Below are positions 9,208 to 18,419 of a DNA stretch of 64,000 nt, in pieces; positions within the stretch are counted from its first letter, which is position 1; every line of letters begins with the position of its first letter. This DNA comes from an uncultured Actinomycetes bacterium (GTDB lineage Bacteria; Actinomycetota; Actinomycetes; Mycobacteriales; SCTD01). Below the pieces are notes generated by a model. That model made no database searches. It had not been told where the DNA came from and worked only from the letters and a program-made list of their open reading frames with translations. The DNA lies in NCBI GenBank assembly GCA_963784675.1, contig CAWASE010000001.1:28449-92448 (forward strand), read 5' to 3'. The position numbers and the translations under genes are program-made.

Positions 9208-11223
9208 TCAGCTGCTGCGGTCGGCCTCCGACGTCTGCGGGACGACCTGGGCCTGGGCCTCGGCACGCCCGGCCTGAGCGCGCCCGGCCTGAGCCCGCTC
9301 GACATCGGCGTGTTCGGCGTCGGCGTGTTCGGCCCCGGCCTGATCGGCCCGGCCGTCCAGGCGCGCGACGGTCTCGACGACGCGGCGCGCGACCTCCTGC
9401 GCCGTCAGGCCGATCTCGGCCAGCAGCTGGGCTCGGGTGGCGTGGTCCAGGAAGCGCTGCGGAATCCCGAGATCGCGTACGGGGACGTCGATGTCGAGGT
9501 CACGCAGCGCCTGCGACAGCTGTGAGCCGACACCACCGGTCCGTCCGCCGTCCTCGACCGTGACGACCAGCCGGTAGCCGCGCGCAAGCTCGAGCAGCTC
9601 GGCCGAGACCGGCGAGACCCAGCGCGGGTCGACGACGGTGACGCCGATGCCCTGATCGGCGGCGCGGGTGGCGACCTCCAGACCCAGCCGCGCGAACGCG
9701 CCGACGGCGACGAGCAGCACGTCGTCTCCGGGAGCCCGGCGCAGGACGTCGACCGGACCGAGCCGCTCGAGGGCCGGGACGTCGTCTCCGACCGCTCCCT
9801 TCGGGAAGCGCAGCGCCGTCGGACCGTCGTCGACGGCCAGGGCCTCGCGCAGCAGCTCGCGCAGGCTGCCGCCGTCGCGAGGTGCGGCCAGGCGCAGGCC
9901 GGGCACGAGCTGCAGCAGCGACAGGTCCCACATGCCGTTGTGGCTGGCGCCGTCCTCGCCGGTGACCCCGGCCCGGTCGAGCACGAAGGTCACCGGCAGG
10001 CGGTGCAGCGCGACGTCCATCAAGGTCTGGTCGAACGCGCGGTTGAGGAAGGTGGCATACAGGCAGACGACCGGGTGCAGACCCCCCATGGCCAGTCCCG
10101 CAGCGCTGGTGACGGCGTGCTGCTCCGCGATGCCGACGTCGAAGGTGCGGTCGGGATAGGCCTGGCTGAAGGCCAGCAGACCCACCGGCTGCAGCATCGC
10201 GGCGGTGAGGGCGACGACGTCCGGACGGTCGGCGCCGACCGCCACCATCTCCTCGGCGAGCACGCCCGTCCAGCCACGGGCGCTGGCGTTGATCGGCTTG
10301 CCCGTGAGCGGGTCGGTGACCGGCGCGACGCTGTGCAGGCAGTCCGCCTCGTCGTCGACGGCGGGCTGGTAGCCGAAGCCCTTCACGGTGACGGCGTGCA
10401 CGATGACCGGTCCGCCGAACGCCTTGGCGCGACGCAGCGCTGCCTCCATGGCGGCGCTGTCGTGGCCGTCGACCGGCCCGACGTACTTCAGTCCGAGGTC
10501 CTCGAACATCACCTGCGGCTGCAGCAGGTCCTTGATGCCACGCTTGATGCCGTGCAGGGCGGTGTAGACCGGTGACCCGACGACCGGGGTGCGGGCCAGC
10601 GTCGTCTTGACGGTGTCCAGCGCCCGTTCGTAGTGCTGGGTGGTGCGCAGCGTGGCCAGGTGCTCGGCCAGCCCACCGATCGTCGGTGAGTAGGAGCGGC
10701 CGTTGTCGTTCACGACGATGACGACCGGGTTGTCGGTGGCGGCGATGTTGTTCAGCGCCTCCCAGCACATGCCGCCGGTGAGGGCGCCGTCGCCCACCAC
10801 CGCGACGACGTGCCGCCGTTCGCCGCGCAGGCGGTAGGCCTTCGCCAGCCCGTCGGCATAGGAGAGCGCGGTGGAGGCGTGGCTGTTCTCGACCAGGTCG
10901 TGCTCGGACTCGGCCGAGCTCGGGTACCCGGACAGCCCACCCTGCTTGCGCAGCGTGTCGAAGCGGTCGCGCCGACCGGTCACGAGCTTGTGCACGTACG
11001 ACTGGTGGCCGGTGTCCCACACCACCTTGTCGCGCGGGGAGTCGAAGACGCGGTGGATCGCCAGCGTCAGCTCGACGACCCCCAGGCTCGGGCCGAGGTG
11101 ACCGCCGGTCCGCGAGACCGTGTCGACCATGACGTCGCGCAGCTCGGCAGCCAGCAGCGGCAGCTGTTCGGGCGTGAGGCGCTTGAGGTCGGCGGGGCCC
11201 GTGATGCTGTCCAGCAGGCTCAC
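9208..11223 (-). CDS. dxs: 1-deoxy-D-xylulose-5-phosphate synthase
   Basis: [36 protein letters not shown], and the TPP motif [21 protein letters not shown] 11223 is chosen because GAGGAG lies 6 nt upstream and the protein then begins SLLDSITGP. The ORF track start is 11295. Confidence 0.9.
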   Translation of the reverse strand: MSLLDSITGPADLKRLTPEQLPLLAAELRDVMVDTVSRTGGHLGPSLGVVELTLAIHRVFDSPRDKVVWDTGHQSYVHKLVTGRRDRFDTLRKQGGLSGYPSSAESEHDLVENSHASTALSYADGLAKAYRLRGERRHVVAVVGDGALTGGMCWEALNNIAATDNPVVIVVNDNGRSYSPTIGGLAEHLATLRTTQHYERALDTVKTTLARTPVVGSPVYTALHGIKRGIKDLLQPQVMFEDLGLKYVGPVDGHDSAAMEAALRRAKAFGGPVIVHAVTVKGFGYQPAVDDEADCLHSVAPVTDPLTGKPINASARGWTGVLAEEMVAVGADRPDVVALTAAMLQPVGLLAFSQAYPDRTFDVGIAEQHAVTSAAGLAMGGLHPVVCLYATFLNRAFDQTLMDVALHRLPVTFVLDRAGVTGEDGASHNGMWDLSLLQLVPGLRLAAPRDGGSLRELLREALAVDDGPTALRFPKGAVGDDVPALERLGPVDVLRRAPGDDVLLVAVGAFARLGLEVATRAADQGIGVTVVDPRWVSPVSAELLELARGYRLVVTVEDGGRTGGVGSQLSQALRDLDIDVPVRDLGIPQRFLDHATRAQLLAEIGLTAQEVARRVVETVARLDGRADQAGAEHADAEHADVERAQAGRAQAGRAEAQAQVVPQTSEADRSS
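9266..9334 (-). repeat. Two adjacent 15-bp x2 in-frame tandem duplications in the dxs 3' tail
   Basis: cgcccggcctgagcg/cgcccggcctgagcc (9266-9295) and tcggcgtgttcggcg/tcggcgtgttcggcc (9305-9334). They encode [10 protein letters not shown] and [10 protein letters not shown] in a low-complexity C-terminal extension. Confidence 0.85.
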
Positions 11224-11296
11224 GGAGCGGCTCCTCGCCTCGGGGTCAGGGACTCGATCGACACGCCGAAGTCTACGGCGCGACCCCTCGCTCAAC

Positions 11297-11312
11297 GCCC
11301 GGCCCGCCGGGC
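11297..11312 (-). terminator. Possible stem-loop terminator after the 11326-11697 gene
   Basis: GCCCGG-CCCG-CCGGGC hairpin 14 nt downstream of the stop. No U-tract follows. Confidence 0.25.
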
Positions 11313-11325
11313 TTGTGCCCGATCC

Positions 11326-11697
11326 TCACAACCTCGGCACATGTCTTTCACCACGCAGCGCGGCGTCGACGAGGGTGACCTGCCGGCCGGCCGCCACCAA
11401 CCGTCGACCCTCGCGCTCGTAGGCCGCGATCGCCGCTTCCACGACGTCCGGGCCGACCAGGCCCCGCATCTCGGCGCGCACCGTACGGATGCCGTGACGG
11501 GCCGCCTCCACGCACGCCTCGACGTGCCCGGCCGCGAACCGGGCCAGCAGCACCGGATGGCGGCGGAGCACCTCGTGCGCGCGGTAGTCGGGCGGGCACA
11601 GGTCGTACAGCCAGGCGACGGCGCTGCGCTCCCAGTCCGGCGCTTGCGGCGGCAGGACCTCCGGCGGCCAGCCGGGCGGCACGAGGTCACGACTCAC
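11326..11697 (-). CDS. Conserved hypothetical protein
   Basis: GTG 11697 is preceded by GGACGGAG. The translation VSRDLVPPGWPPEVLPPQAPDWERSAVAWLYDLCPPDYRAHEVLRRHP... looks like a real protein. The upstream part of the ORF track (to 11928) is Ala/Arg/Ser-rich and overlaps the next gene. Confidence 0.5.
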   Translation of the reverse strand: MSRDLVPPGWPPEVLPPQAPDWERSAVAWLYDLCPPDYRAHEVLRRHPVLLARFAAGHVEACVEAARHGIRTVRAEMRGLVGPDVVEAAIAAYEREGRRLVAAGRQVTLVDAALRGERHVPRL

Positions 11698-11749
11698 ACG
11701 TTGCTCCGTCCGGATCAAGAAGTAGGGCCGGGACGCCGACGATCTGGAG

Positions 11750-12346
11750 GTGACCCAACCGGAGGTCGACCCGGCGCAGCGGCTGCGCGCTGCCGTCCAG
11801 GCTCTCAGAGCGCCGCAGGCGGCCAAGCGTGCCCCCGCGCCCACCTCGTCGGTGTTCGGTCGCGCCGCCGCAGCCGTGGCCATGGACGCCCACGAGCCGG
11901 CTCCTCGCTCGGTGCTCGGTGCACGCATCCGCAGCGTGGAGACCAGCGCCCTGCTGCCCGGGACGACTCTCGCCCTGCTCGTCGTGACGCACCCGCGGCG
12001 GTACGAGGAGCTGGTCCCCAGCTGTCGTCAGCTCGTCGCCGGCGGTGCCACCGTGGTCGTGCTCGGTCCCGACCTGCCCCGCCAGGTCGCCGACCGGACG
12101 CAGCCGATGCTCGTGCCGCTGCGCAAGGACGACTCGCTCGCGGGGGAGATGGGCTTCCTGGCCTGCGGTCCGGCGCGCCGCGTCGCCTTCCTCGCCCGGC
12201 ACGAGCCGGGGACGACCGACGACTGGCGCTGGCTGGTCACCCGAGACGCCGTGGCGGTGCACCGGGCCGGGACCGCGATCCTGGAGCGGGTGCCGTTCCT
12301 GCACCTGCGCGTGCCGGCTCTCGGGGCGCCGCCGCAGCGTCGCTGA
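11750..12346 (+). CDS. Hypothetical protein, possibly DICT-like sensory domain
   Basis: 198-aa ORF. The segment LLVVTHPRRYEELVPSCRQLVAGGATVVVLGPDLP...GEMGFLACGPARRVAFLAR weakly resembles DICT domains as I recall them. The last 110 nt overlap the glpD 3' end. Confidence 0.4.
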   Translation: MTQPEVDPAQRLRAAVQALRAPQAAKRAPAPTSSVFGRAAAAVAMDAHEPAPRSVLGARIRSVETSALLPGTTLALLVVTHPRRYEELVPSCRQLVAGGATVVVLGPDLPRQVADRTQPMLVPLRKDDSLAGEMGFLACGPARRVAFLARHEPGTTDDWRWLVTRDAVAVHRAGTAILERVPFLHLRVPALGAPPQRR

Positions 12347-13832
12347 GGATCTGCTCGGCAGCCTCCCGCGCGGCCTCGTGCCAGCGGTCGACGAGCGACA
12401 GGCGCGTGCGCCGCTCCAGCAGGTCAGCGGGCGTGAGGGCGCCCTCGGCATGCACCCCCCACGCCAGCTCGACGCCCAGCACGGGCACCCCGGGTGCGAC
12501 CGGTTCGAGCAGACCGGGATCACGGTCGGCCAGCGCTGCGACGTCGGCGGCCTCTGCGCCGTAGCGGCGGACCAGCCGGGCCGGCAGCTGCGAGCGGGCT
12601 GCGGGCCCGACGGCCCCGACCAGCGGCAACGTCGTCGTGCGACAGGGTGCGTCGGTCAGCAGGTCGACCGCGTCCTGCGCCATCCGCCGGTAGGTGGTCA
12701 GCTTTCCGCCCAGCACGGTCAGCAGGCCGTCGTCGTCGCGCGTGACGGCATGCCGGCGCGAGAGGTCGGCGCTACGACCCGCAGCACCGGCGACCAGCGG
12801 ACGCACCCCGGCGAACGAGCCCACGACGTCGGAACGCGACAGCGGCAGCTCCAGGCCGCGGCTCAGAGTGGCGAGCAGAAAGGCGATCTCGCCCTCGTCG
12901 GCGGTCGGCACGTCGGGCAGCGGGCCGTCGAGGGGGTCGTCGGTGAGGCCGACGTAGACCAGTCCGTCCGGGTGCGGCAGGGCGAACACGTAGCGGTTGC
13001 TCTCCCCCGGTACCGGCACGGTCAGCGACGCCGCCGGGTGGCCGAGCCGCGCAGCCGGCAGCACCACGTGCACCCCCTTGCTCGGCTGCAGCCGGGTGGT
13101 GTCGCTGAGCGTGCCGGCCCACGCGCCCGTGGCGTTGACGACGTGGCGGGCCCGCACCCGCAGCGAGCTGCCGGTACGGGCGTCGCGCACGGTGGCGCCG
13201 TCGCCGTCGGCCGTCAGCGCCTCGGCGTACGTGAGGATCCGGGCCCCGTAGGAGGCGGCCGTGCGGGCCAGGGTGACGACCAGCCGGGCGTCGTCCTCGA
13301 GCTGGCCGTCCCAGTTCACGATCGCGCCGCGCAATCCCTGCCGGCGCACGGCCGGCAGCAGCCGCAGCGTCTCGGCGACGCCGAGGCGGCGCGGTGCCGG
13401 CAGCACCGAGCGCGGGGTGCGTGCGAGCAGCCGCAGCCCGTCGGCCACCCGGTGCCCGGCGTCGACCAGCAGGCCGTCGCGCGGGCTGACGTCGCGCGAG
13501 AGGGGGACGACCATCGGCAGGGGGCGGACCAGGTGCGGCGCGGTGGTGCGCATGAGCACGCCTCGCTCGCGGGCACTCTCGTAGGCCAGCCCGACGTCGC
13601 CGGTGGCCAGGTAGCGCAGTCCGCCGTGGACGAGCTTGCTGGACCAGCGGCTCGTGCCGAAGGCGAGGTCGACCTTCTCCACGAGCGCGACGCTGAGCCC
13701 GCGCGAGGCGGCGTCCAGGGCCACCCCGCAGCCGGTGACGCCGCCGCCGAGCACCAGGACGTCGACGGGCGTGCCGGACAGCTCGTCGAGCTCACGGGCG
13801 CGGCGGGCCGCCGACAGCTGCGGGCCGCTCAT
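12237..13832 (-). CDS. glpD: FAD-dependent glycerol-3-phosphate dehydrogenase
   Basis: N-terminal dinucleotide fold DVLVLGGGVTGCGVALDAASRGLSVALVEK, then GTSRWSSKLVHGGLRYL. ATG 13832 overlaps the TetR stop (ATGA). The 819-aa ORF in the track is an upstream run-on. Confidence 0.85.
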   Translation of the reverse strand: MSGPQLSAARRARELDELSGTPVDVLVLGGGVTGCGVALDAASRGLSVALVEKVDLAFGTSRWSSKLVHGGLRYLATGDVGLAYESARERGVLMRTTAPHLVRPLPMVVPLSRDVSPRDGLLVDAGHRVADGLRLLARTPRSVLPAPRRLGVAETLRLLPAVRRQGLRGAIVNWDGQLEDDARLVVTLARTAASYGARILTYAEALTADGDGATVRDARTGSSLRVRARHVVNATGAWAGTLSDTTRLQPSKGVHVVLPAARLGHPAASLTVPVPGESNRYVFALPHPDGLVYVGLTDDPLDGPLPDVPTADEGEIAFLLATLSRGLELPLSRSDVVGSFAGVRPLVAGAAGRSADLSRRHAVTRDDDGLLTVLGGKLTTYRRMAQDAVDLLTDAPCRTTTLPLVGAVGPAARSQLPARLVRRYGAEAADVAALADRDPGLLEPVAPGVPVLGVELAWGVHAEGALTPADLLERRTRLSLVDRWHEAAREAAEQILSDAAAAPREPARAGAGTAPAPGSRSRPGAPPRRLG

Positions 13833-14422
13833 GCGCGCAGGTAGGCGTCGAGCAGGCGACGCAGCTCGGGGCCGGTGTCGAGGTCGGTCACGACCCGGGC
13901 AGAGAACACGAACGACTGCGCGGTCAGCACCAGGCACGTCGCGAGCAGCCGGGGGTCGCCCTCTCGGACCGACCCGTCGGCCTGTCCCTGGCCCACCTGC
14001 TCGGCAACCAGCGCGACCGCGGCCTGCTGCGTCGAACCGAAGCGGTCGACCACCAGGGGCAGCATCAGCTCGGGGTCGAGCTCGAGCACCCGCTGCCACA
14101 GCGGGTGGGTGTGCAGCCGGTCGACCACGAGCACGCCCGCCTCGGCCAGCCGCTCCCGGGCGGTCGGCAGGTGCTCCACCTCGCGGCCCGCCGCGCCGAT
14201 CAGGCCGGTCAGCTCGTGGTGCAGCAACGCCGAGACGATGTGCGACAGGTCGCCGTACTGGCGGTAGACGGTCATCCGGCTGAGCTTGGCGCGGCGCGCG
14301 ATCTCCGACATGGTGGTGCGGCGAAGGCCGACGTCGAGCCAGGACGCGCGCGCCGCGGCCAGGATCGGCTCCAGCCCGACGACGTCCGACGGCACCAACG
14401 CGATGTGACGGTGTGACTGCAT
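13829..14422 (-). CDS. TetR-family transcriptional regulator
   Basis: HTH segment TTMSEIARRAKLSRMTVYRQYGD. Located upstream of, and coupled to, glpD. Confidence 0.85.
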   Translation of the reverse strand: MQSHRHIALVPSDVVGLEPILAAARASWLDVGLRRTTMSEIARRAKLSRMTVYRQYGDLSHIVSALLHHELTGLIGAAGREVEHLPTARERLAEAGVLVVDRLHTHPLWQRVLELDPELMLPLVVDRFGSTQQAAVALVAEQVGQGQADGSVREGDPRLLATCLVLTAQSFVFSARVVTDLDTGPELRRLLDAYLRA

Positions 14423-14431
14423 GTGTCACAC
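14411..14431. promoter_or_regulatory. Inverted repeat GTGTGAC-N7-GTCACAC spanning the TetR start codon (candidate TetR operator)
   Basis: Perfect 7-bp arms at 14411-14417 and 14425-14431, in the 17-bp gap between the divergent TetR (start 14422) and FAD oxidase (GTG 14440). Confidence 0.35.
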
Positions 14432-14439
14432 TGTACGCC

Positions 14440-16104
14440 GTGACCCCGACCCCCGCACCCGCCCCTGCGCAGCTGTCCCCGACCGGGTGGGGCGACCCGA
14501 ACCGCCGCAGCGGCCTGCCTGCCCACGCGGGCGCCTGGTTGCGGGACACGGTCGGTGCGGCCGTCCCCCGCACCCCCGGAGCCCCCGCGCCGGTCGCCGC
14601 CGCCGTCGATGCCCCGTCCCTGCTCGCGGCGCTCCTCGAGGTGGTCGGCGCCGACCACGTGCTGCGCGACGACGACGCCCGGCGCGCCCGGGCCACCGGC
14701 CGCAGCTATCTGGACCTGCTGGCGCTGCGGGGCGCCGCGCCCGTGGCCGCCCCCGACCTGGTCGTGCTGCCGGCCGACGCCGCCCAGGTCGCCGCGGTGC
14801 TGACCGTGTGCGTGCGGCACGGCGCCACCGTCGTGCCGTTCGGCGGCGGCACCAGCGTGGTCGGCGGGGTGTCCCCCGTGGGCGACGCACCCGTCGTCAG
14901 CCTGGACCTGCAACGCCTGGACCGCCTGGTGTCGGTCGACGAGCAGTCGCTGACCGCGGTGTTCGAGCCGGGGGTGCGCGGTCCGGCCGCCGAGGCCCTG
15001 CTGGCTCCGCACGGGCTGACCCTCGGCCACTTCCCGCAGTCGTTCGAGTACGCCAGCCTGGGCGGCTACGCCGCCACCCGCAGCGCCGGTCAGGCCTCCA
15101 CCGGCTACGGCCGCTTCGACGACCTCGTCACCGCCCTCACGGTGCAGACGCCCGCCGGCGAGCTGCGGCTGGGGCGCGGCGCGGCCACCGCTGCCGGCCC
15201 CGACCTGCTCGGCCTGCTGCTCGGCAGCGAGGGAGCGTTCGGGGTGGTGACGTCGATGACGCTGAAGGTGCGACGCCTGCCGGCGGTCCGGCGGTACGAA
15301 GGCGTCTTCTTCCGCACCTGGGAGCAGGGCTGCGCGGCGCTGCGCGAGCTCGAGCAGGAGGGCGTCGCGCCCGACGTCGCGCGGCTGTCGGACCCGGACG
15401 AGACCGGCGTCCAGCTGGCCCTGGCCGGTTCGGGAGGGGTCAAGGGTCGGTTCGGTCGGCTGGTGCTCCGCGCCCGCGGCTACGGCGGCGGCTGTCTGGC
15501 GGTCCTCGGCTGGGAGGGCAGCGAAGCCGGGGTGCAGGCGCGCCGGTCCGCCTCGATGACGGTGGTCAGGCGGCACGCGGGCTTCGCCGTCGGCACCTCG
15601 GTCGGGGACCGCTGGGAGCACGGGCGCTACGACGGGCCGTACCTGCGCGACGACCTGCTCGACGCCGGCTACCTGGTCGAGACGCTGGAGACCTCCGCGA
15701 CCTGGTCGCAGCTGGACCGCACCCGCGGGGCCGTCCGCGCGGCACTGACAGGGGCGCTCGGTGCTCCGGTGATCATGTGCCACGTCTCGCACCTGTACCC
15801 GCACGGCGCCTCGCTGTACTTCACCGTCCTGTCCACGCGCGACGACGTCGACGCCGTCGGCCAGTGGCAGCGGGCGAAGGACGCCGCGTGCGCGGCCCTG
15901 GTCGCCACGGGCGCGACGATCACGCACCACCACGCCGTCGGTACCGACCACCGCGCCTACCTGCACGCCGAGGTGGGCGAGCTGGGCGTCGCCGTGCTGA
16001 GGGCGGTCAAGGCGACGCTGGACCCCACCGGCACACTGAACCCGGGCAAGCTGATCCCGGACAGGCTGATCCCGGACGCCGCGTCCGCCGAGCCGAAGGA
16101 CTGA
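14440..16104 (+). CDS. FAD-binding oxidase, alkyl-dihydroxyacetonephosphate-synthase-like
   Basis: PCMH-type FAD-binding domain (VVLPADAAQVAAVLTVCVRHGATVVPFGGGTSVVGG ... GPDLLGLLLGSEGAFGVVT). ORF track start is 14413; GTG 14440 also fits. Confidence 0.8.
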   Translation: MTPTPAPAPAQLSPTGWGDPNRRSGLPAHAGAWLRDTVGAAVPRTPGAPAPVAAAVDAPSLLAALLEVVGADHVLRDDDARRARATGRSYLDLLALRGAAPVAAPDLVVLPADAAQVAAVLTVCVRHGATVVPFGGGTSVVGGVSPVGDAPVVSLDLQRLDRLVSVDEQSLTAVFEPGVRGPAAEALLAPHGLTLGHFPQSFEYASLGGYAATRSAGQASTGYGRFDDLVTALTVQTPAGELRLGRGAATAAGPDLLGLLLGSEGAFGVVTSMTLKVRRLPAVRRYEGVFFRTWEQGCAALRELEQEGVAPDVARLSDPDETGVQLALAGSGGVKGRFGRLVLRARGYGGGCLAVLGWEGSEAGVQARRSASMTVVRRHAGFAVGTSVGDRWEHGRYDGPYLRDDLLDAGYLVETLETSATWSQLDRTRGAVRAALTGALGAPVIMCHVSHLYPHGASLYFTVLSTRDDVDAVGQWQRAKDAACAALVATGATITHHHAVGTDHRAYLHAEVGELGVAVLRAVKATLDPTGTLNPGKLIPDRLIPDAASAEPKD

Positions 16105-16106
16105 CT

Positions 16107-16995
16107 GTGCAGCGTCGACTGCAGCTGGTGGTCAACCCGGCCGCCGGACGAGGGCGGGCCAGCGCGCTGCTGTCCACCGTCGAGGCCGCCCTGCGCAGCG
16201 CCGGCCACGACCTCGTCGTGACGCCGACCCGCTCGCTGGAGCACGCCGAGGAGCTGGCCGCGGGTGGCCGCCGCCGACGACCGCGTCGCCGTGGCGATGG
16301 GCGGGGACGGCATCGTCGGGCGCGTCGCCGGCGCGGTCGCCGAGACCGGCGGCGTCATGGGCGTCGTGCCCGGTGGACGCGGCAACGACTTCTGCCGGGC
16401 GACCGGCATCCCGTCCGACGCCGTGCAGGCGTGCGCCGTGCTGTCCTCCGGCAGCGAGCAGGCCGTCGATCTCGGCGTCGTCACGAGCGCCGACGGTGCT
16501 ACCTGCTTCCTGGGCATCGCCTCGATCGGCTTCGACAGCGACGTGCAGGAGCTGACGCTCAGCACCCGGCTGCGGCTCGGACAGCTGGTCTACGCCTACG
16601 GCACGGTGCGCACGATCGCCGGCTGGAAGCACGCCCGGTTCACCGTGACGGTGGACGGCACCCCCGCCACCCTGCGGGGCTGGTCCGTGGCCGCGGCGAA
16701 CTCGGGCGTGTACGGCGGCGGTATGCGGCTGGCCCCGGAGGCCTCGTTGCACGACGGGCTGCTCGACCTCGTCACGACCTCGGCCACCGGCAGGCTGCGC
16801 TTCCTGCGCTCGTTCCCGAAGGTGTTCCAGGGCACGCACGTCACGCGCCCGTCGGTCACCGTCACCCGTGCCCGCGAGGTCAGGCTGGACGCCGACCGGC
16901 CGTTCCGCGTGTTCGCCGACGGCGATCCCGTCGGTGTGCTGCCGTGCACGGTGAGCGTGCGTCCCGGCGCCGTCCGGATGCTGCTGCCAGGCTGA
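16107..16995 (+). pseudogene. dagK: Diacylglycerol/lipid kinase (DagK/LCB5 family), interrupted by a +1 frameshift near 16263
   Basis: The N-terminus VQRRLQLVVNPAAGRGRA...HAEELAA reads in frame 0 from GTG 16107. The remainder, VAAADDRVAVAMGGDGIVGRV...VPGGRGNDF..., reads in frame +1 from 16264. One extra G in the GGG run at 16262-16264. Total length is 889 nt (3n+1). Confidence 0.75.
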
Positions 16996-17028
16996 GCATC
17001 AGCCCCGGGGCGACTGTCCAGGTACGGA

Positions 17029-17925
17029 CTACTTCTTGTCGCCCAGCTGCTTCACCGCACCACCGAGCATGCCGGCGATGTCGGTGGGCACGAACCAGAT
17101 CTTGTTCGCGTCGCCCTCGGCGAGCCGGGGCAGCAGCTGCTGGCGCTGGTAGGCCAGCACGGTCTCGTCGATGTCGGCCTTCTTGATGGCGGCGACGACC
17201 AGCGCGATCGCCTCGGCCTCCGCCGACGCCCGCAGCAGGATGGCTTCGCGGTCGGCCTCGGCGCGCAGGATCGTGGCCTGCCGGTCGGCCTCGGCGTTCA
17301 GCACCGCGGAGGTCTTGCCGCCCTCCGCCGTCAGCACCGCGGACTGGCGCTGACCCTCGGCGGTGAGGATCGCCGCCCGCTTGCCCCGGTCGGCACGCAT
17401 CGCCTGCTCCATCGCGTCGCGGATCGTCGCGGGCGGCTCGATGCCGCGGATCTCGATCCGGTTGACCTTCACGCCCCACTTGCCGGTGGCCTCGTCCAGC
17501 ACGGTCGCGAGCCGCTCGTTGATGTGGTCGCGCCCGGTCAGCGCCTCCTCCAGCTGCATCCCGCCGACCACGTTGCGCAACGTCGTGACGGCGAGCTGCT
17601 CGATCGCCGCGACGACGTCCTCGATGCGGTACTGCGCGGCGGCCGGGTCGGTGATGGAGTAGTAGATGACCGAGTCGATCCCGACGACGAGGTTGTCGCG
17701 GGTGATGACGGCCTGCGGCGGGAAGCTGACCACCTGCTCGCGGATGTCGGTCTTGACCCGGACCTTGTCCAGGACGGGCATCAGCAGGTGGATGCCCGGT
17801 TCCAGGGTGCGGCTGTACTTGCCGAGCCGCTCGATGACGAACACCGACGCCTGCGGCACGATCCGGACCGTCTTGGCCAGGCCGACCACGAGGAGCACGA
17901 CCAGGAGAAAGATGACGACTTCCAC
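17029..17925 (-). CDS. SPFH/Band 7 (stomatin-like) family protein
   Basis: N-terminal TM segment, then VRIVPQASVFVIERLGKYSRTLEPGIHLLMP...RDNLVVGIDSVIYY and a coiled AEG/AEA repeat region. Confidence 0.9.
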   Translation of the reverse strand: MEVVIFLLVVLLVVGLAKTVRIVPQASVFVIERLGKYSRTLEPGIHLLMPVLDKVRVKTDIREQVVSFPPQAVITRDNLVVGIDSVIYYSITDPAAAQYRIEDVVAAIEQLAVTTLRNVVGGMQLEEALTGRDHINERLATVLDEATGKWGVKVNRIEIRGIEPPATIRDAMEQAMRADRGKRAAILTAEGQRQSAVLTAEGGKTSAVLNAEADRQATILRAEADREAILLRASAEAEAIALVVAAIKKADIDETVLAYQRQQLLPRLAEGDANKIWFVPTDIAGMLGGAVKQLGDKK

Positions 17926-17947
17926 GACGACTCCTTGCAGGAATGGA

Positions 17948-18388
17948 TCACGCGAGGTCGGTTGAGTAGACCAGCAAGGTGGCTCCGTCGACCGATGCCA
18001 CGCTCACCACGGTGCCCACGGGTAGGTCCGGTCCGCCGGCATAGGGCCTGGCCCGCCACAGCTCGCCGTGCAGCCGCACCTGTCCGGTGGACTCCGACAC
18101 CGCCTCGATGACGGTGCCCTGTGCCGCGCCCATCAGCCGGGCGTCGGTGCGGTCGGTGCTGCCCCCGCGGTCCAGCGCGTTGCGCAGCGGTGGACGGACC
18201 ACGACGAGCATCGCCGTGCTGGCCACGGCGAACACGGCCAGCTGTCCGACCAGACCGACTCCGGCGAAGGCCAGCCCGGCGGCCGCGAGGGCGCCCACCG
18301 CGAAGAAGCCGAGCACCAGGGTCAGGCTGACGACCTCCGCGACGACGAGCCCGCCGGCGGCGAGCAACCAGAGCAGGTCGGCATCCAC
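17948..18388 (-). CDS. NfeD-family membrane protein
   Basis: Hydrophobic N-terminal half and a C-terminal OB-like segment (GTVIEAVSESTGQVRLHGELWRARP). Sits immediately upstream of the SPFH gene, the classic NfeD-SPFH pair. Confidence 0.8.
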   Translation of the reverse strand: MDADLLWLLAAGGLVVAEVVSLTLVLGFFAVGALAAAGLAFAGVGLVGQLAVFAVASTAMLVVVRPPLRNALDRGGSTDRTDARLMGAAQGTVIEAVSESTGQVRLHGELWRARPYAGGPDLPVGTVVSVASVDGATLLVYSTDLA

Positions 18389-18419
18389 AAGCGCACCCTA
18401 GGGGCTTGCCTCCTACCGT

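Noticed and set aside
10031-10046. Other TCGAAC-containing sequences considered as additional SOS boxes (for example TCGAACGCGCGGTTGA inside dxs, and sites near 21097 and 55976).
   Set aside because: Each has only one good half-site, with three or more mismatches in the second half, and most are intragenic.
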